DNA of 64,000 bases, taken from the NCBI RefSeq assembly GCF_040938485.1, contig NW_027271016.1, forward strand, positions 1,674,001 to 1,738,000, written 5' to 3'. The notes under the pieces are model-generated. The model did no database searches and was not told the origin of the DNA. It saw only the letters and a program-made list of their open reading frames with translations. Position numbers and translations under genes: made by a program. Each line of letters opens with the position of its first letter. Positions within the stretch are counted from its first letter, which is position 1. Positions 63,188 to 64,000 of this stretch are shown piece after piece. This DNA comes from Diadema antillarum (lineage: Eukaryota).

Positions 63188-64000
63188 TAGCTAAAAGTAT
63201 ATTCAATGGAAGCAAACAGAACACTGTACGTTGTATCAAACATGCATAAATCTGATATAAAATATGAAAATATGTCTCAGGTATAAAAGTAATACTTAGT
63301 TATTAAAGTTTAGTCAAATATGTAAGTCATTAGATTTCACACGTTTTCCATGGAAAGTCATATCGGCCTCAGTGACACATGCAAACTTATTGTAGTGAAG
63401 CTGGCGTGGCCTGCTTTAACTCGGAGTGAATTTACAAGTGATTCTTTTTTGATTTAACACCAACAGTGCGAAACAATAAAATATATAAGAAAAACATTTT
63501 TGGAACATATTCTAATGGGTCATTGAATGCAAGAGGCGAGCAAGTTAACTTCTCTATTTCCATCGATCTTGACTTTTGTACACGACATAATCTTTTGGTT
63601 GCCTTTTCTTAACAATCCTGTTACATTACTTATTGATGTCTCTCTACTCAACAAAGCGTATATAACTTATCTGTCCCCGAAGAAATACACGCAGAAAGAA
63701 TATTAAATGCTTCTGACTGATATGGACTACCAACTAAAGTTGGCATTTTCTTCACATTACTTTTGATATGAGAAGATGATGTATCATTTTCCTAAACCTC
63801 ATGTGTCAGAAAAAAAGGTAAGTGTTTATCATGCAGAAATAATCTCAAGCAAATGCCATAGGCAAATGGACAAACGTATAATGACCGAAAAGATTGTATA
63901 TGCAAACATATCTGCTTTCCCAATATTTTTTAATATTTTATTCATGTCGTTATTGGGCGACTTCGCCGTTCACCGTCTGTTTGTCGCCGACAGCGAGAAA

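Overview
This is eukaryotic, AT-rich, microsatellite-rich genomic DNA from a draft assembly with three N gaps. The repeat content (poly-G/poly-C MITE-like elements with the GCGAGCGAAGCG motif, tRNA-derived SINEs, TTAA-flanked MITEs) looks echinoderm, probably sea urchin; that assignment is inference. I could not recognise any intact protein-coding gene, tRNA, rRNA or CRISPR array. Almost all ORF-track entries are explained by microsatellites, repeats or chance. The window reads as intronic or intergenic DNA packed with non-autonomous DNA transposons, SINEs and LINE remnants. A few short minus-strand segments with canonical splice sites could be exons of one large unrecognised gene. The strongest signal is at 41.9-45.3 kb: a decayed Crypton-like (tyrosine-recombinase/DUF3504-related) element. 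Its N-terminal ORF is split by a 1.86-kb TA-flanked TAG...CTA inverted-repeat element, and it also carries a 6-bp-TSD hAT-like MITE and a 143-bp palindrome at one end. Other notable structures are a three-level nested MITE stack (8.9-12.0 kb), a 785-bp foldback (5.0-5.8 kb), a ten-copy ~168-bp satellite inside a MITE-like element (35.9-37.6 kb), and a full-length SINE with a tRNA-Trp-like head (62.8-63.2 kb). Family assignments come from remembered terminal and protein motifs, not from database searches.
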